64,000 nucleotides of DNA from a virus. Each line of letters opens with the position of its first letter. Positions within the stretch are counted from its first letter, which is position 1. Shown piece after piece: positions 40,086 to 50,311 of this stretch. The translations under genes and the position numbers were made by a program. Location: positions 1 to 64,000 of the IMG/VR virus record IMGVR_UViG_3300026488_000020; one strand, 5' to 3'. Under the pieces are notes generated by a model. The model saw nothing but the letters and a program-made list of their open reading frames with translations. It was not told the DNA's origin and did no database searches.

Positions 40086-41480
40086 ATGTGTTCATTTGTA
40101 AAATTAAATAGTACTAAACAGAGAATTAGTGCACAACTTCCAGTTATATTAGAAGCATTAAATACAAAAGGTGGTGACGAATATACGTTTGTTATCGAAC
40201 ATAATGGATTTATTAACAGAATCACTAATGATGAATTAAATATTCTAAGTAAGTCTATTCCCGAAAATAGTTTTAAAGATATAGTTGATGAAGCATTTCA
40301 CTGTTTATTAGAAGATTTTGGAACATATGATGATTTTAATATTATTGCATTTTCCCGACTAACTCCTGAAATGGAAGAGACTAATAATTTATTATCTCAA
40401 CCATATGTTAGACCAAATGGTGATATTATTGTTGCTCATGGTACAATTCCGAAAGCTGAAGAACTTGCTAAGCAACATGGTATTAGTATTACTGTTGATA
40501 CTGATCTATTCTTTTGGTTAGATTTTAAAACAGTTTGTGATTATACTGAAGTAGTTGGTGGAAAGATATCAGCGATGATATGTAACGCAAAATCGGAGAT
40601 TAAAACATATCAAAATGGTTTAGGTCTTTATGGTTATAAAGTTACACATAATATAACAGGTTATTCATCAGATTATATTTCAAATATTGATTATGATTTT
40701 TTAAAGAAGATTCCAGATTTTGATATACGCAAAGTAAAAACATATGATCGACCCGAACGTGAAGTGTTGGAACCATTAAGATTAATTTCTTTATTTTCTG
40801 GCGGGTTAGATATTACATGTGCAACACAAAAAGCAATTGAAGATTTAGGACCAGATGAAATAAATTTATGGTATTTTGATTGGGGCACAAATGCAGCATC
40901 AGCTGAAATTGAGGCAGGTTGGAAATTTATGAAACGTTTAAAAGCAGAAACAAACATTACTGAAATTAATCATGAAACAATTAAAACTGATCAAATGTTT
41001 AGAGGTATTCTAAGTGCTTGTGATATGAATGGTACTAGATTAACAGATGATAGCGCTGTTGGTGCAGGTGAAGCGGAAGCTGAAGCTGCAATTTCATATG
41101 TTCCATATAGAAATACATTTTTAATTACTTTAGCTGCTGCTAGAGCTGAGCAAATGTATCCTAATGAGCGCATAGCGTTTGTTATTGGGGCAAACTTATC
41201 AGAGGGGATGGTTTATCTTGATAACTCTGAAACTTGGTTACATCGCATTAATGCAATGATTAAAGTAGGAGGTCAAAACACTATTGATTATAGTGTGATC
41301 GCACCATATGTTAACAGAACTAAAACTGCTATGGTTAAAGATGCAATTGATAATAATTTTATTCTTGATACATCATTTAGTTGCTACTTCCCAACAGGTA
41401 TAACTAAAAGCATTCCATGTGGAAAATGTGGTTCATGTTTATTAAAAGAAAATGCTCTTTCAAGAGCAGAAGGAAAATAA
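40086..41480 (+). CDS. GAT-QueC fusion (N-terminal class II glutamine amidotransferase-like domain plus QueC domain)
   Basis: N-terminal Cys2 (MCS), SRLTPE, QPY, AHGTI, VDTD; FSGGLD, YVPYRNTF, YLDNS, SFSCY, CGKCGSC. Confidence 0.8.
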   Translation: MCSFVKLNSTKQRISAQLPVILEALNTKGGDEYTFVIEHNGFINRITNDELNILSKSIPENSFKDIVDEAFHCLLEDFGTYDDFNIIAFSRLTPEMEETNNLLSQPYVRPNGDIIVAHGTIPKAEELAKQHGISITVDTDLFFWLDFKTVCDYTEVVGGKISAMICNAKSEIKTYQNGLGLYGYKVTHNITGYSSDYISNIDYDFLKKIPDFDIRKVKTYDRPEREVLEPLRLISLFSGGLDITCATQKAIEDLGPDEINLWYFDWGTNAASAEIEAGWKFMKRLKAETNITEINHETIKTDQMFRGILSACDMNGTRLTDDSAVGAGEAEAEAAISYVPYRNTFLITLAAARAEQMYPNERIAFVIGANLSEGMVYLDNSETWLHRINAMIKVGGQNTIDYSVIAPYVNRTKTAMVKDAIDNNFILDTSFSCYFPTGITKSIPCGKCGSCLLKENALSRAEGK

Positions 41481-41482
41481 AT

Positions 41483-41797
41483 ATGGAAATAGAATATAAC
41501 TATAAATATGTCATTGGAGGTATTTCCAATACAACAAAAATTGATAAATTAGTATCAAAAGATGAATTATTGGATTATTTATATAACACAATTACTCATG
41601 TGCAACTTCCTAGTCAAAAAGGAAGCCTCTTAAATTTTTGGGGAGAATATGAAGTATGTGTTGTAAATGCGCCACCTGAAATTAAAAAAATGTTTCCAGA
41701 CCCTCCTTCGCAAATAAAGAAAACTGAGCAGGAATGGATTAATGATGAAAAAATAGCAAAAGAAATTTTTATGACTTTTGCAAATACAATAAAATAA
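41483..41797 (+). CDS. Hypothetical protein
   Basis: AAGGA RBS. Confidence 0.6.
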   Translation: MEIEYNYKYVIGGISNTTKIDKLVSKDELLDYLYNTITHVQLPSQKGSLLNFWGEYEVCVVNAPPEIKKMFPDPPSQIKKTEQEWINDEKIAKEIFMTFANTIK

Positions 41798-41807
41798 GGG
41801 GAAATAA

Positions 41808-42104
41808 ATGTTATATGATATGCCAATGACACAAGCACAGATCAGAGATACAAAATTGAAGCCTGGTCAAGATTGTTATCAACTTCTTACGATTGAAGGT
41901 GATGACTTTACACAGATTAAAAGTATTTCTGAGATTGCTCAGAAATTAATTGAAAAGTATCCTAAAATTGATTTATTTATTTCCAGTAATGCTCATGATT
42001 TTGGAACCTATTATGGTCTAGAGGTTGAAGACTCATGGTTAGGTTGTTCAGATATTGAAGATGATAGTTTAATGATTGCTGAGGAGTTAGGTTATGATGT
42101 TTAA
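41808..42104 (+). CDS. Hypothetical protein
   Basis: AAGGGG RBS. Confidence 0.65.
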   Translation: MLYDMPMTQAQIRDTKLKPGQDCYQLLTIEGDDFTQIKSISEIAQKLIEKYPKIDLFISSNAHDFGTYYGLEVEDSWLGCSDIEDDSLMIAEELGYDV

Positions 42105-42267
42105 TCAACCAAAAGATTATACAGATGATGATATTGACTATACAGGTGTTGAAACAGAACCAAAAAGATTTAATCCTGTAAGCTTGACCATAGCTATCGT
42201 GATGTTTAGTGCAATTGTTTTTGGATTAACGAAATGTTCAAATGATTTACAGAGTGTTATATTTTAG
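42097..42267 (+). CDS. Small single-TM protein (56 aa, not in ORF track)
   Basis: MFNQPKDY...SLTIAIVMFSAIVFGL; fills an operon gap. Confidence 0.5.
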   Translation: MFNQPKDYTDDDIDYTGVETEPKRFNPVSLTIAIVMFSAIVFGLTKCSNDLQSVIF

Positions 42268-42287
42268 TTATATTTTAAGGAGAAATT

Positions 42288-42491
42288 ATGGATGAGTTAA
42301 GAGAAAACATTGATAAGATGTTTGAGGCTATGCATAATGGTCAATGGGATGAAGCAGGAACAATTTTAAGAAATTTTAGATGTTCTGGTCAAGAGTTTCA
42401 CGAAGGTATTCAAACACGTGGAGAGTCAGAATTATTTAAACTAAGCATGCTTGGGTTTTATAATAGAGAAATTGATTTTAAAGGAAAATAA
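42288..42491 (+). CDS. Hypothetical protein
   Basis: AAGGAG RBS. Confidence 0.65.
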   Translation: MDELRENIDKMFEAMHNGQWDEAGTILRNFRCSGQEFHEGIQTRGESELFKLSMLGFYNREIDFKGK

Positions 42492-42492
42492 T

Positions 42493-43143
42493 ATGAAAAT
42501 GTTTAAATTTGAGTTACCTGAAGATATAAAAAAGGCGCTATTAACATTTGAATCAATAACATTGAAAAATGGTACAATACTTAATCAATCAATTCTTGTG
42601 AATGATAAAAAAGAATTTACAGAAGAAGAGATTGGTATTAAAATTGCTTATGGGCATCCTAAAGATTATTTCGTTGAGATTATTCCAAAAGAAGATTTAT
42701 TCGAAATGGAATTAGATAAATTAATGAGTGCTGTTAATAATTTAACGGATGAATTCGATGATGATGTTGCTGGTCACATGATTGCTATTTATAGTAGTTA
42801 TAGACCAACGATGTATTTTAAAAAAACAGATGTTATATGCGCAATCAATGATAATGCTCAAGAAGGTATTCAAGACAATCTTAGAAGTCATTTGAAAAAT
42901 AAGATGCAAGGTAATGAATTTGTATGGTCAATAGGTGAATTATTTTATGATGATTTGCAAGCCGTTTATAAGTTTTATTATTATGATGAAAATTATAGAC
43001 ACACTACATCATCAGGTGCTGGAACACTAACTGGGTGGTTATTAGCGGAAGAGATTGAAAAAAGAGCGAAAGATAAAACAGTAATAACTTTAAATAACAA
43101 TTACAGATTATCAGAAAGTTTTTTTGATAGAATAAAAGGATAA
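42493..43143 (+). CDS. Hypothetical protein
   Basis: Tiled ORF. Confidence 0.65.
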   Translation: MKMFKFELPEDIKKALLTFESITLKNGTILNQSILVNDKKEFTEEEIGIKIAYGHPKDYFVEIIPKEDLFEMELDKLMSAVNNLTDEFDDDVAGHMIAIYSSYRPTMYFKKTDVICAINDNAQEGIQDNLRSHLKNKMQGNEFVWSIGELFYDDLQAVYKFYYYDENYRHTTSSGAGTLTGWLLAEEIEKRAKDKTVITLNNNYRLSESFFDRIKG

Positions 43144-43145
43144 AA

Positions 43146-44324
43146 ATGAATTTAATTAAATTCGAACCAAAAGTAGAATCTGATGCAGAGTTTTCAATTG
43201 TTCATGAATATCGAAAAATTGATCATACGAAAGTATATGATATTTTAGAAAACATGATGGCAAATATTGAGAATTTATTACCTGGAAACTTCACGGGTTC
43301 AATCACAAAAGAAGATCAAATAAGTGACTATCTTGGTGAACAAGCAAGTTATTTTGAAAAGATAATTATTAAAATGGGTGCTGATAATCATGATCAAAAA
43401 GTTGAGTTATTATATCCAAAGTTATTACAAGGCAACTATTTTAGAATGAATGGCTCATTATATGTTCCTATTCTATTCTTGGAACGCTCGCCATTGGATG
43501 TTTTAAAAGATGTTAAAAAAGGTAATAAAATTTTTGTAAACTTATTGCCAACATTTAATCTAACGTTTAACTTCCAAAAGAATGAAGTTCTATTTAGAAA
43601 GAAAACTGTAGAACTTAACACTTTTATGAGAGTGTTGTTTGCGAATGAGATTGATTATTATGAAGATCTTATTAGAGCAAAAGTTATAACTAGATGTGAA
43701 TTACCAGCACATGAGATCAATGCTCATGTTTATAAGATGATGGGATTCTATGAGACTAGTTTCTTTGATGTTCATAAAATAGGACTAGCTAAATTTTTTG
43801 ATGAATATATTTTATTAGATTATTTTAGAGGAATGTTTAAAGACTTCTTTGATGTTGATAATATTAAAGATATTGTCAAATTGGTTATTAAATATCATGT
43901 TGATGATGTTGATATTAATATGTCTGATTTAACTAACCGTAGAATCGTGATGAATGAATATCTTATTAATCCGATTTATGAAATGTATTTGAGATTACTA
44001 TATGGAGCAATCGATAAGAATGAGAAGCAACAGTTCTTACCGACTATGAATTCAAGAGTATTAATTACTTCAGGTTTTAGAGGGTTAATGCATGCTGGGC
44101 AGTATTTTAATATTAGTCTACCATACACATCACCTCTTATAAATAAAGTGTCGCAAGATATTTATATTATTAATGATGGACGTATTCCAAAATCATGGAC
44201 AGCGAATCATCCATCTGGTTTTGGTAAGCTTTGTCCGATTTCAGTATCAGCTCAAAAAATGGGTTCAAACCTTGTATTTACAAATAATACAAGAATTAAT
44301 TATTATGGTAAGGTTGAGGTATAA
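43146..44324 (+). CDS. Phage multisubunit RNAP beta subunit, N-terminal fragment
   Basis: YPKLLQGNYFRMNGSLYVP, DLTNRRI, NHPSGFGKLCPIS (corresponds to VHPTHYGRVCPIETP). Confidence 0.8.
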   Translation: MNLIKFEPKVESDAEFSIVHEYRKIDHTKVYDILENMMANIENLLPGNFTGSITKEDQISDYLGEQASYFEKIIIKMGADNHDQKVELLYPKLLQGNYFRMNGSLYVPILFLERSPLDVLKDVKKGNKIFVNLLPTFNLTFNFQKNEVLFRKKTVELNTFMRVLFANEIDYYEDLIRAKVITRCELPAHEINAHVYKMMGFYETSFFDVHKIGLAKFFDEYILLDYFRGMFKDFFDVDNIKDIVKLVIKYHVDDVDINMSDLTNRRIVMNEYLINPIYEMYLRLLYGAIDKNEKQQFLPTMNSRVLITSGFRGLMHAGQYFNISLPYTSPLINKVSQDIYIINDGRIPKSWTANHPSGFGKLCPISVSAQKMGSNLVFTNNTRINYYGKVEV

Positions 44325-44326
44325 AT

Positions 44327-44605
44327 ATGAAAATAGAAAATATCGAAAGAGTAAATCAAATAAAAGATGAGTTGTCAACATTTAAAAAAAATATTAATCA
44401 GATGCAAAATTGGATTAAAATTCATCCTGATGGCGAAGGTTTTTTATTACAAGAATTTTCAGATGGTTCTGGTCATTTAAATATTGGTTTTATGTTTAAG
44501 GATGGTGATTACAATGCTGGTATTTATAAAGAGTTAGCTAATGCTACTCTTGAAATATTTGAAAAGCATTATGCAGTATTACTTGCAGAAATTGAGGAGC
44601 TATAA
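44327..44605 (+). CDS. Hypothetical protein inserted between the RNAP beta fragments
   Basis: 92 aa, GAGG RBS. Confidence 0.65.
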   Translation: MKIENIERVNQIKDELSTFKKNINQMQNWIKIHPDGEGFLLQEFSDGSGHLNIGFMFKDGDYNAGIYKELANATLEIFEKHYAVLLAEIEEL

Positions 44606-47118
44606 TGAGTTTAGATAAATTAGTATATGATGGAAATTTAGAAGATGCTTTAGATGAAGCAAATCAACTAGAGCCATTGGATACAATTAATGAATTGACC
44701 GCTAAAGAATTAGCTGAATCAATTGAGTTGGATAAACTTGACTTAACAGAAGCATACGAAAATGCTGATGAATCTCAAATTATGTTTAGTCCACAAATTG
44801 AAGTTTTTGAACCATGGGCAGCACATGTTGATGCATCAAGAACAAACATGTCTGCAAAACAGTTGCTTCAAACAGTAACATCAGATAATAATGATTCACC
44901 ATATGTTTTAAATAAAAACTATCAAGCAATGACAAATATCAATTCCCCATTCATTGAGTATGCAAAAGAAGATGGTGTAATTTTATACTCAAATTTCAAC
45001 TTCTTGATAATTTATTATCTTGCATCAAACGAGTTAGAAACATTATATTGTCCAGATGTAAAAAAACTTACAAATAATACTTTAACTTTAAAGTATAAAT
45101 TAGATATGCATAAGAGTAAAAAGTTTTCAAAAGGAGATATATTATTTGATTATACTGGTCAATCAATTGATGGTAATGTTCCAAAGATTGGATACAGAAC
45201 TAAAATTCTATATGGTTCGTTTTATGGATATACCGCAGATGATGCATTTGTAATGTCTGAATCATATGCTGATAGAACTCGCATCGATTATAGTAAAAAG
45301 GTTTTTGTACCTGTTACTAAAGAGTTAAAATATTTAAAAAATTCTCTAGATAAATATTTATTTACTCCTGGTGAAGTATCAGATGTAAATTATTTAGAAT
45401 ATTTTAAAATTGATTCGTCTGATAGTATGTTATCAGAGTTTAACAATACAAGTACTAGACAATCAAAGATTTATGGTAAGTCTGTTGATTCAATTCATGG
45501 TGGAACTATCAAATCTTTAAAGGTTCATAGAATCACAGATAAAACCTTTGATGAATTAGATGATGAGTATATATACACTGAAGGGTTAATTCGCGAGGTT
45601 CAAGAACAATATCAACGTCAGATTGAGATTAAAAAAGATTTATTTAAACATTTAAATAATGTTTTTACAGTTGAAGGTCAAGCAGTTGAGTTCACGAACA
45701 ATATTTTTTCACAGTGGGAAAGTACTGATAAATTTCCGAATCTGTCATTAGAAGCGATTGCAACTGATTATAGAATTGATAAAGATAAGATTGATTATGT
45801 TGTTGAAATTGAGATATATAAATCTGAACCAACATGTGTTGGTGATAAATTTGCAAATGTTTTTGCAGGTAAGGGTGTATGTTCGTTAATTTTGCCAGAT
45901 AATATTATGCCCGCTGGTGCAGATATTATATTTAATCCTCTTGGGTTATTTGGTCGTAATAACTGGGGGACTGTTTTTGAGATGGGAATTTCAAAAGTTA
46001 TCCAAGATATTGAATCACATCTAGATGATCAATCTGCTGTTGTTTCAAGATTAGAGTTTGTGCGCCAAAATTTCTTTGAAGTATTTGATAAAGAATATTC
46101 AAAAGCAGTATTAGAATTAATATATTCATTTGATGATCCAAAAATGTATGGTTTATTTAAAGAATCTGTTTTAAAAAATGGATTATATTTCTTCGTGGAT
46201 AATTTTCCTGGTATATCATTTAAAGATTATATCGATACTTTTATCTTAAAATATCAAGAACGTTACGATATTAATATCACAGATAAAGAACCTATTGTTT
46301 ATTCTGAGGAGTTGATGCAATTTCTTAGAGATAGAGGTTTTATTCATTCAGTATGGGGTGATGATATTGTTCAAGCAGTTCAACAAGAATGTTATGTTGG
46401 ATACAATTACTGGATTAAATTATTTCATACATCTTATAGTAAATACAATGCAATTTCTTTTGCAAATAGTTATTCTAAGAGTACGGGTGAACCTCCTCGG
46501 GGTAGAACTAAGGGTGGTGGCTGTCATATTAGTTGGCAATCAACTGCTGCGTTGATTGGTCATATGGAAGGCAATCCATGTTCTGTCGAATTACGAACAA
46601 TTAAATCTGACGCAGTTCAAGATAAAAATAACTTTAATCGTAAGATGATCCAAAATGGTGAATATATTATGAAAGATAAATATAAGTCTCCCACAGTTAA
46701 TACTTTAAATAATGGCCTTAATATGCTTTGTTTAAAATTTAGTTCTATTCATGATAATAATGATGAAGATTCATTTGATGATGATTATTCTGAAGCATTA
46801 GAAGATGAAGAAGAAGTGAAAATTGATGATTTATTTACTGGAGGAAATAAAGATTATGAAAGGGCGGATAATCAAGATTTAGAAATTGATGAAGATGAAG
46901 ATATGGTTGAATCTGTTGCAGTTGAATCTACACCTGCACATAATCCAGAGACCGGCGAAATTATAAAGGTTATAGAATATACGCCTGAAAGTGTTATAAA
47001 GGTTATAGATATAACTGATATTGGTGAGCCAATAATTGAAGAAGAAATTGATAATTCTGATATTGAAGAGGTTTTAAATTCTGATTCTGTTCAGATCGAT
47101 ATAGATATAGATGATTAA
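44605..47118 (+). CDS. Phage multisubunit RNAP beta subunit, C-terminal fragment with acidic tail
   Basis: HVDASRTNMSAKQLLQ, GYTADDAFVMSES, VGDKFAN...GKGV, DIIFNPLG..GRNNWG, IKLFH, GEPPRGRTKGGG. Confidence 0.9.
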   Translation: MSLDKLVYDGNLEDALDEANQLEPLDTINELTAKELAESIELDKLDLTEAYENADESQIMFSPQIEVFEPWAAHVDASRTNMSAKQLLQTVTSDNNDSPYVLNKNYQAMTNINSPFIEYAKEDGVILYSNFNFLIIYYLASNELETLYCPDVKKLTNNTLTLKYKLDMHKSKKFSKGDILFDYTGQSIDGNVPKIGYRTKILYGSFYGYTADDAFVMSESYADRTRIDYSKKVFVPVTKELKYLKNSLDKYLFTPGEVSDVNYLEYFKIDSSDSMLSEFNNTSTRQSKIYGKSVDSIHGGTIKSLKVHRITDKTFDELDDEYIYTEGLIREVQEQYQRQIEIKKDLFKHLNNVFTVEGQAVEFTNNIFSQWESTDKFPNLSLEAIATDYRIDKDKIDYVVEIEIYKSEPTCVGDKFANVFAGKGVCSLILPDNIMPAGADIIFNPLGLFGRNNWGTVFEMGISKVIQDIESHLDDQSAVVSRLEFVRQNFFEVFDKEYSKAVLELIYSFDDPKMYGLFKESVLKNGLYFFVDNFPGISFKDYIDTFILKYQERYDINITDKEPIVYSEELMQFLRDRGFIHSVWGDDIVQAVQQECYVGYNYWIKLFHTSYSKYNAISFANSYSKSTGEPPRGRTKGGGCHISWQSTAALIGHMEGNPCSVELRTIKSDAVQDKNNFNRKMIQNGEYIMKDKYKSPTVNTLNNGLNMLCLKFSSIHDNNDEDSFDDDYSEALEDEEEVKIDDLFTGGNKDYERADNQDLEIDEDEDMVESVAVESTPAHNPETGEIIKVIEYTPESVIKVIDITDIGEPIIEEEIDNSDIEEVLNSDSVQIDIDIDD

Positions 47119-47148
47119 ACGCATATTACTATAGTAATATGCGTTTAA
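47115..47148. repeat. Perfect 34-bp palindrome over the beta-C stop codon
   Basis: ttaaacgcatattacta|tagtaatatgcgtttaa. Confidence 0.85.
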
Positions 47149-47175
47149 AATAAAATTAACATATAAAGGGTCGCA

Positions 47176-47625
47176 ATGAGAAAATATGATGATATTGAGC
47201 GAGATATGTTGTCAAATTATATTTTAGATGTTGTTCGAAATTTAATTGAAAACAAGATTCCATTTACATTGGCAATTGATAATTGGAATAATTGGTCAGC
47301 TGAGTTTCCTGCAAATTTAAAAGATAAAGATCGATTTATGATAAACATTAAAGAACAAGCATTGGATGATTCGTATGCAGATAAAGATGTTGTTGATATT
47401 GTGATTGATATTCAAGGAATTGAGTATCAAAAACGATTAGATATCAGCGACATACATGCAGTTTCATTTGATACTGGTTTACCACCTTTTATTGTAAAGC
47501 AGTATAAAGATAAACCTCCTGCACCCACTCCTAAAAAAACATTATCTAGGGATGTTGAAGATAAAGAAGGTTTAGAACATTCTTTAAAAATGTGGAAATT
47601 ACATAATAAGGAGATGTTTCAATGA
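47176..47625 (+). CDS. Hypothetical protein
   Basis: 149 aa, AAGGG RBS. Confidence 0.7.
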   Translation: MRKYDDIERDMLSNYILDVVRNLIENKIPFTLAIDNWNNWSAEFPANLKDKDRFMINIKEQALDDSYADKDVVDIVIDIQGIEYQKRLDISDIHAVSFDTGLPPFIVKQYKDKPPAPTPKKTLSRDVEDKEGLEHSLKMWKLHNKEMFQ

Positions 47626-49502
47626 GACATGCAATTAAAGATGATAGATGGCACGTTCTGAATAGAACTGGAATGTATCTTGGCTCAACTGTTCAAACAG
47701 ATTGTGAAGAATATTTAATTATAAATAACGAGTTTAAATTATTTAAGACTAAGTATGTGCCTGCTCTTGTAAAAATGGTAAATGAAATTATTGATAATTC
47801 TGTTGATATTTTAAAAGATTACAAATCAGGTAAAATTGATGTTGTAATGAATGTTGAAAAGAATCAAGTTATGGTAACAGATAATGGGAAAGGTATTCCT
47901 ATTAAAGAAATTGAGAATCTTGATGGTTCGCATATTCTAGTACCAAAGGCTTGTTGGTCGATTGCAAAATCAGGTTCAAATTTTAATGATGATGAAGAAG
48001 ATGCAAGTACAATTGGAACCAATGGTGTTGGATCATTTTGTACTAATGTATTATCTTCAAAGTTTGTTGGTATCACAGATGATGGAGAAAAAAAATATTC
48101 AGGTACATGGGGATCAAATTGTGATCCGAGTTCATATAATGAGACAATAAAAGAGAGTTCTGGTAAGAAAGGTACTTCAGTATACTTTGAACCGGATTTA
48201 GGTAGATTAGGTATTGAATCATTTAATGATGACACAATGTTAATTATTAAGCAACGGTTGATAAACTTAACGATCGCTTATCCAACTATTAAGTTTACAT
48301 TTAATGGTGAAAAAATCCAATATACTCAAAAGCAATTTATGGAATTGTTGGGTACAAATGGGAATATCTTTTCAGATAAAACTGGTAAATATTCTTACGC
48401 TGTGTTTCCAAGTGTCTCAGGAGATTTTGAAACATTTTCGATTGTAAATGGTTTGAACATTAAATCAGGTACACATATTGATTACTTATTAAAATATATT
48501 ACATCAACAATTAAAGAAAAACTTCCTAAAAAGTTTGATAAGATTACAGTTGGTGATATCAAAAATAAACTAAAGATTGTTTTTATTGGTAAAGATTTTC
48601 CTAAGATACAATGGAGTGGTCAAACTAAAGAGGTTGTTGGTAATTCTAATAAAGATATTAGAAGTTATCTTGGAGAAGATTGGAAAAAACTATTAATAGA
48701 TATTTCAAAAAATAAAGAAATCATTGCTCCAATTACATTTTTACATGAAGCTAAGCTTGATGCTGAAGAACGTAAAAAGGCAGCTGAAGTTGATAAAGAG
48801 TTAAAGAAAACTAAGGTAATGAAGCTTCGACACGCATCAAAAGAGAAAGTCTTTTTAATGTTAACAGAAGGTGATTCAGCACTTAAAGGAATTATTAAGG
48901 CTCTAGGCAGACTTTTAAATGGTTACTTACCACTTCGTGGAGTTGTAGCAAATCCATACACAAACAATATTCAAAAGATTGTTAAGAATGCTGAGTATAA
49001 AGATATTATGAATACTCTAGGATTAAAATTCTCAGAAGTTAATACATGTTTAAATATGAATTATAAGTATGTTGTTTTAACTACAGATGCTGATGTTGAT
49101 GGTGCACACATTCAAGGATTATTATTAGGATTCTTTTATAAATTTTGCCCTGATATATTTGAGCATAAACGTATTCTTATTTTAAGAACGCCAATTAAAG
49201 TTGCAAAAGATAAAAAAGAAAATATGGTTGCAGCATTTATTACTGAGCAAGAATATGTTGATTTTATGAAAGTGAAATCAAATTCAAAATATACGATTGA
49301 GTATAAAAAAGGGTTGGGTTCTCTTAATCCAAAAGAATATGAACAGTTTTTTAAATTGAGACCATTTGAGGAATGTTTAGTACAACTTGATTATACTGAA
49401 CATGATTTACAGCAAATGGTTAAATGGTTAGAAGATGATGCAGATTTTAGAAAAACTAAGATACAAGAACGCATCAAAGATTTTGATGTTGATTCAATAT
49501 GA
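47622..49502 (+). CDS. Type IIA topoisomerase large (GyrB/ParE, T4 gp39+60-like) subunit
   Basis: HVLNRTGMYLGS, EIIDNSVD, DNGKGIP, GTNGVGS, TEGDSA, PLRG, TDADVDGAHI, KKGLGS. Confidence 0.93.
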   Translation: MRHAIKDDRWHVLNRTGMYLGSTVQTDCEEYLIINNEFKLFKTKYVPALVKMVNEIIDNSVDILKDYKSGKIDVVMNVEKNQVMVTDNGKGIPIKEIENLDGSHILVPKACWSIAKSGSNFNDDEEDASTIGTNGVGSFCTNVLSSKFVGITDDGEKKYSGTWGSNCDPSSYNETIKESSGKKGTSVYFEPDLGRLGIESFNDDTMLIIKQRLINLTIAYPTIKFTFNGEKIQYTQKQFMELLGTNGNIFSDKTGKYSYAVFPSVSGDFETFSIVNGLNIKSGTHIDYLLKYITSTIKEKLPKKFDKITVGDIKNKLKIVFIGKDFPKIQWSGQTKEVVGNSNKDIRSYLGEDWKKLLIDISKNKEIIAPITFLHEAKLDAEERKKAAEVDKELKKTKVMKLRHASKEKVFLMLTEGDSALKGIIKALGRLLNGYLPLRGVVANPYTNNIQKIVKNAEYKDIMNTLGLKFSEVNTCLNMNYKYVVLTTDADVDGAHIQGLLLGFFYKFCPDIFEHKRILILRTPIKVAKDKKENMVAAFITEQEYVDFMKVKSNSKYTIEYKKGLGSLNPKEYEQFFKLRPFEECLVQLDYTEHDLQQMVKWLEDDADFRKTKIQERIKDFDVDSI

Positions 49503-49742
49503 TTGAAATATCGTATGCTGATGCTGGAATATATACGTTTTTAGTTTTTGTTGCTGGTATTGTGTATGAACACATTGCTAGCAAATTCAATTACAAAACC
49601 GGTAAATATGAAGGTTAATTTAAAATAAACACTAAATGCTATGCAATAGCAAACTCAAATTATGGAAACGTATTCGGACATAACACAAGTACTCGCGAAG
49701 GTAGAGCTGCTTCTAGAGCCGCAAATTTTGATCAATCGTTTT

Positions 49743-49770
49743 AAACGATCTTTATCGATAAGGATAGAAA
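49743..49770. repeat. Hybrid copy of the dispersed palindrome
   Basis: aaacgatctttatcgataaggatagaaa directly upstream of the 49772 ATG. Confidence 0.7.
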
Positions 49771-49771
49771 A

Positions 49772-50311
49772 ATGAAAATAGTAGAAATACTTGAAGATTT
49801 ATATAATATACATGGCAGATTATTAAATGATTATGCATGGCTAACCGCTGAGAAAATAGAAACATATAAATATGCATCAAAAGGTGATTATTTTATATAT
49901 GATGAGGTTAATGAGTGTTATGTTAATCATAACTCTTCAATTCCAAAACATGTAATTGAAGAAGCAAAACACAAAGTTTCTAATATTTTAGAATTACTCT
50001 ATCAGATGGAAGATGTTGCAAAAAATAGATACGATATATCATGTCTTAGAGGAGAGCCTCTAAGACACTTTATAGAATTAGATGTTGATAATCTGATTAT
50101 TGGTGAAATAGATACAATGTCTGGTGATGGTGAAGTAGGTGTAACATTAGAATTAAATTCAAACATCTTTAACTTTTGGTGGGTAGGAGCAGAGCCTCTA
50201 GGACACTTTCAATATTTTAATGATTCTGAAGATGCAAGAGATGAAGCTAAAATGTTTATATTAGATGCGCGAATAGATTTGATACAAAATTTAATTGAAA
50301 GAAGTGTTTAA
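49772..50311 (+). CDS. Hypothetical protein
   Basis: 179-aa ORF. Confidence 0.65.
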   Translation: MKIVEILEDLYNIHGRLLNDYAWLTAEKIETYKYASKGDYFIYDEVNECYVNHNSSIPKHVIEEAKHKVSNILELLYQMEDVAKNRYDISCLRGEPLRHFIELDVDNLIIGEIDTMSGDGEVGVTLELNSNIFNFWWVGAEPLGHFQYFNDSEDARDEAKMFILDARIDLIQNLIERSV

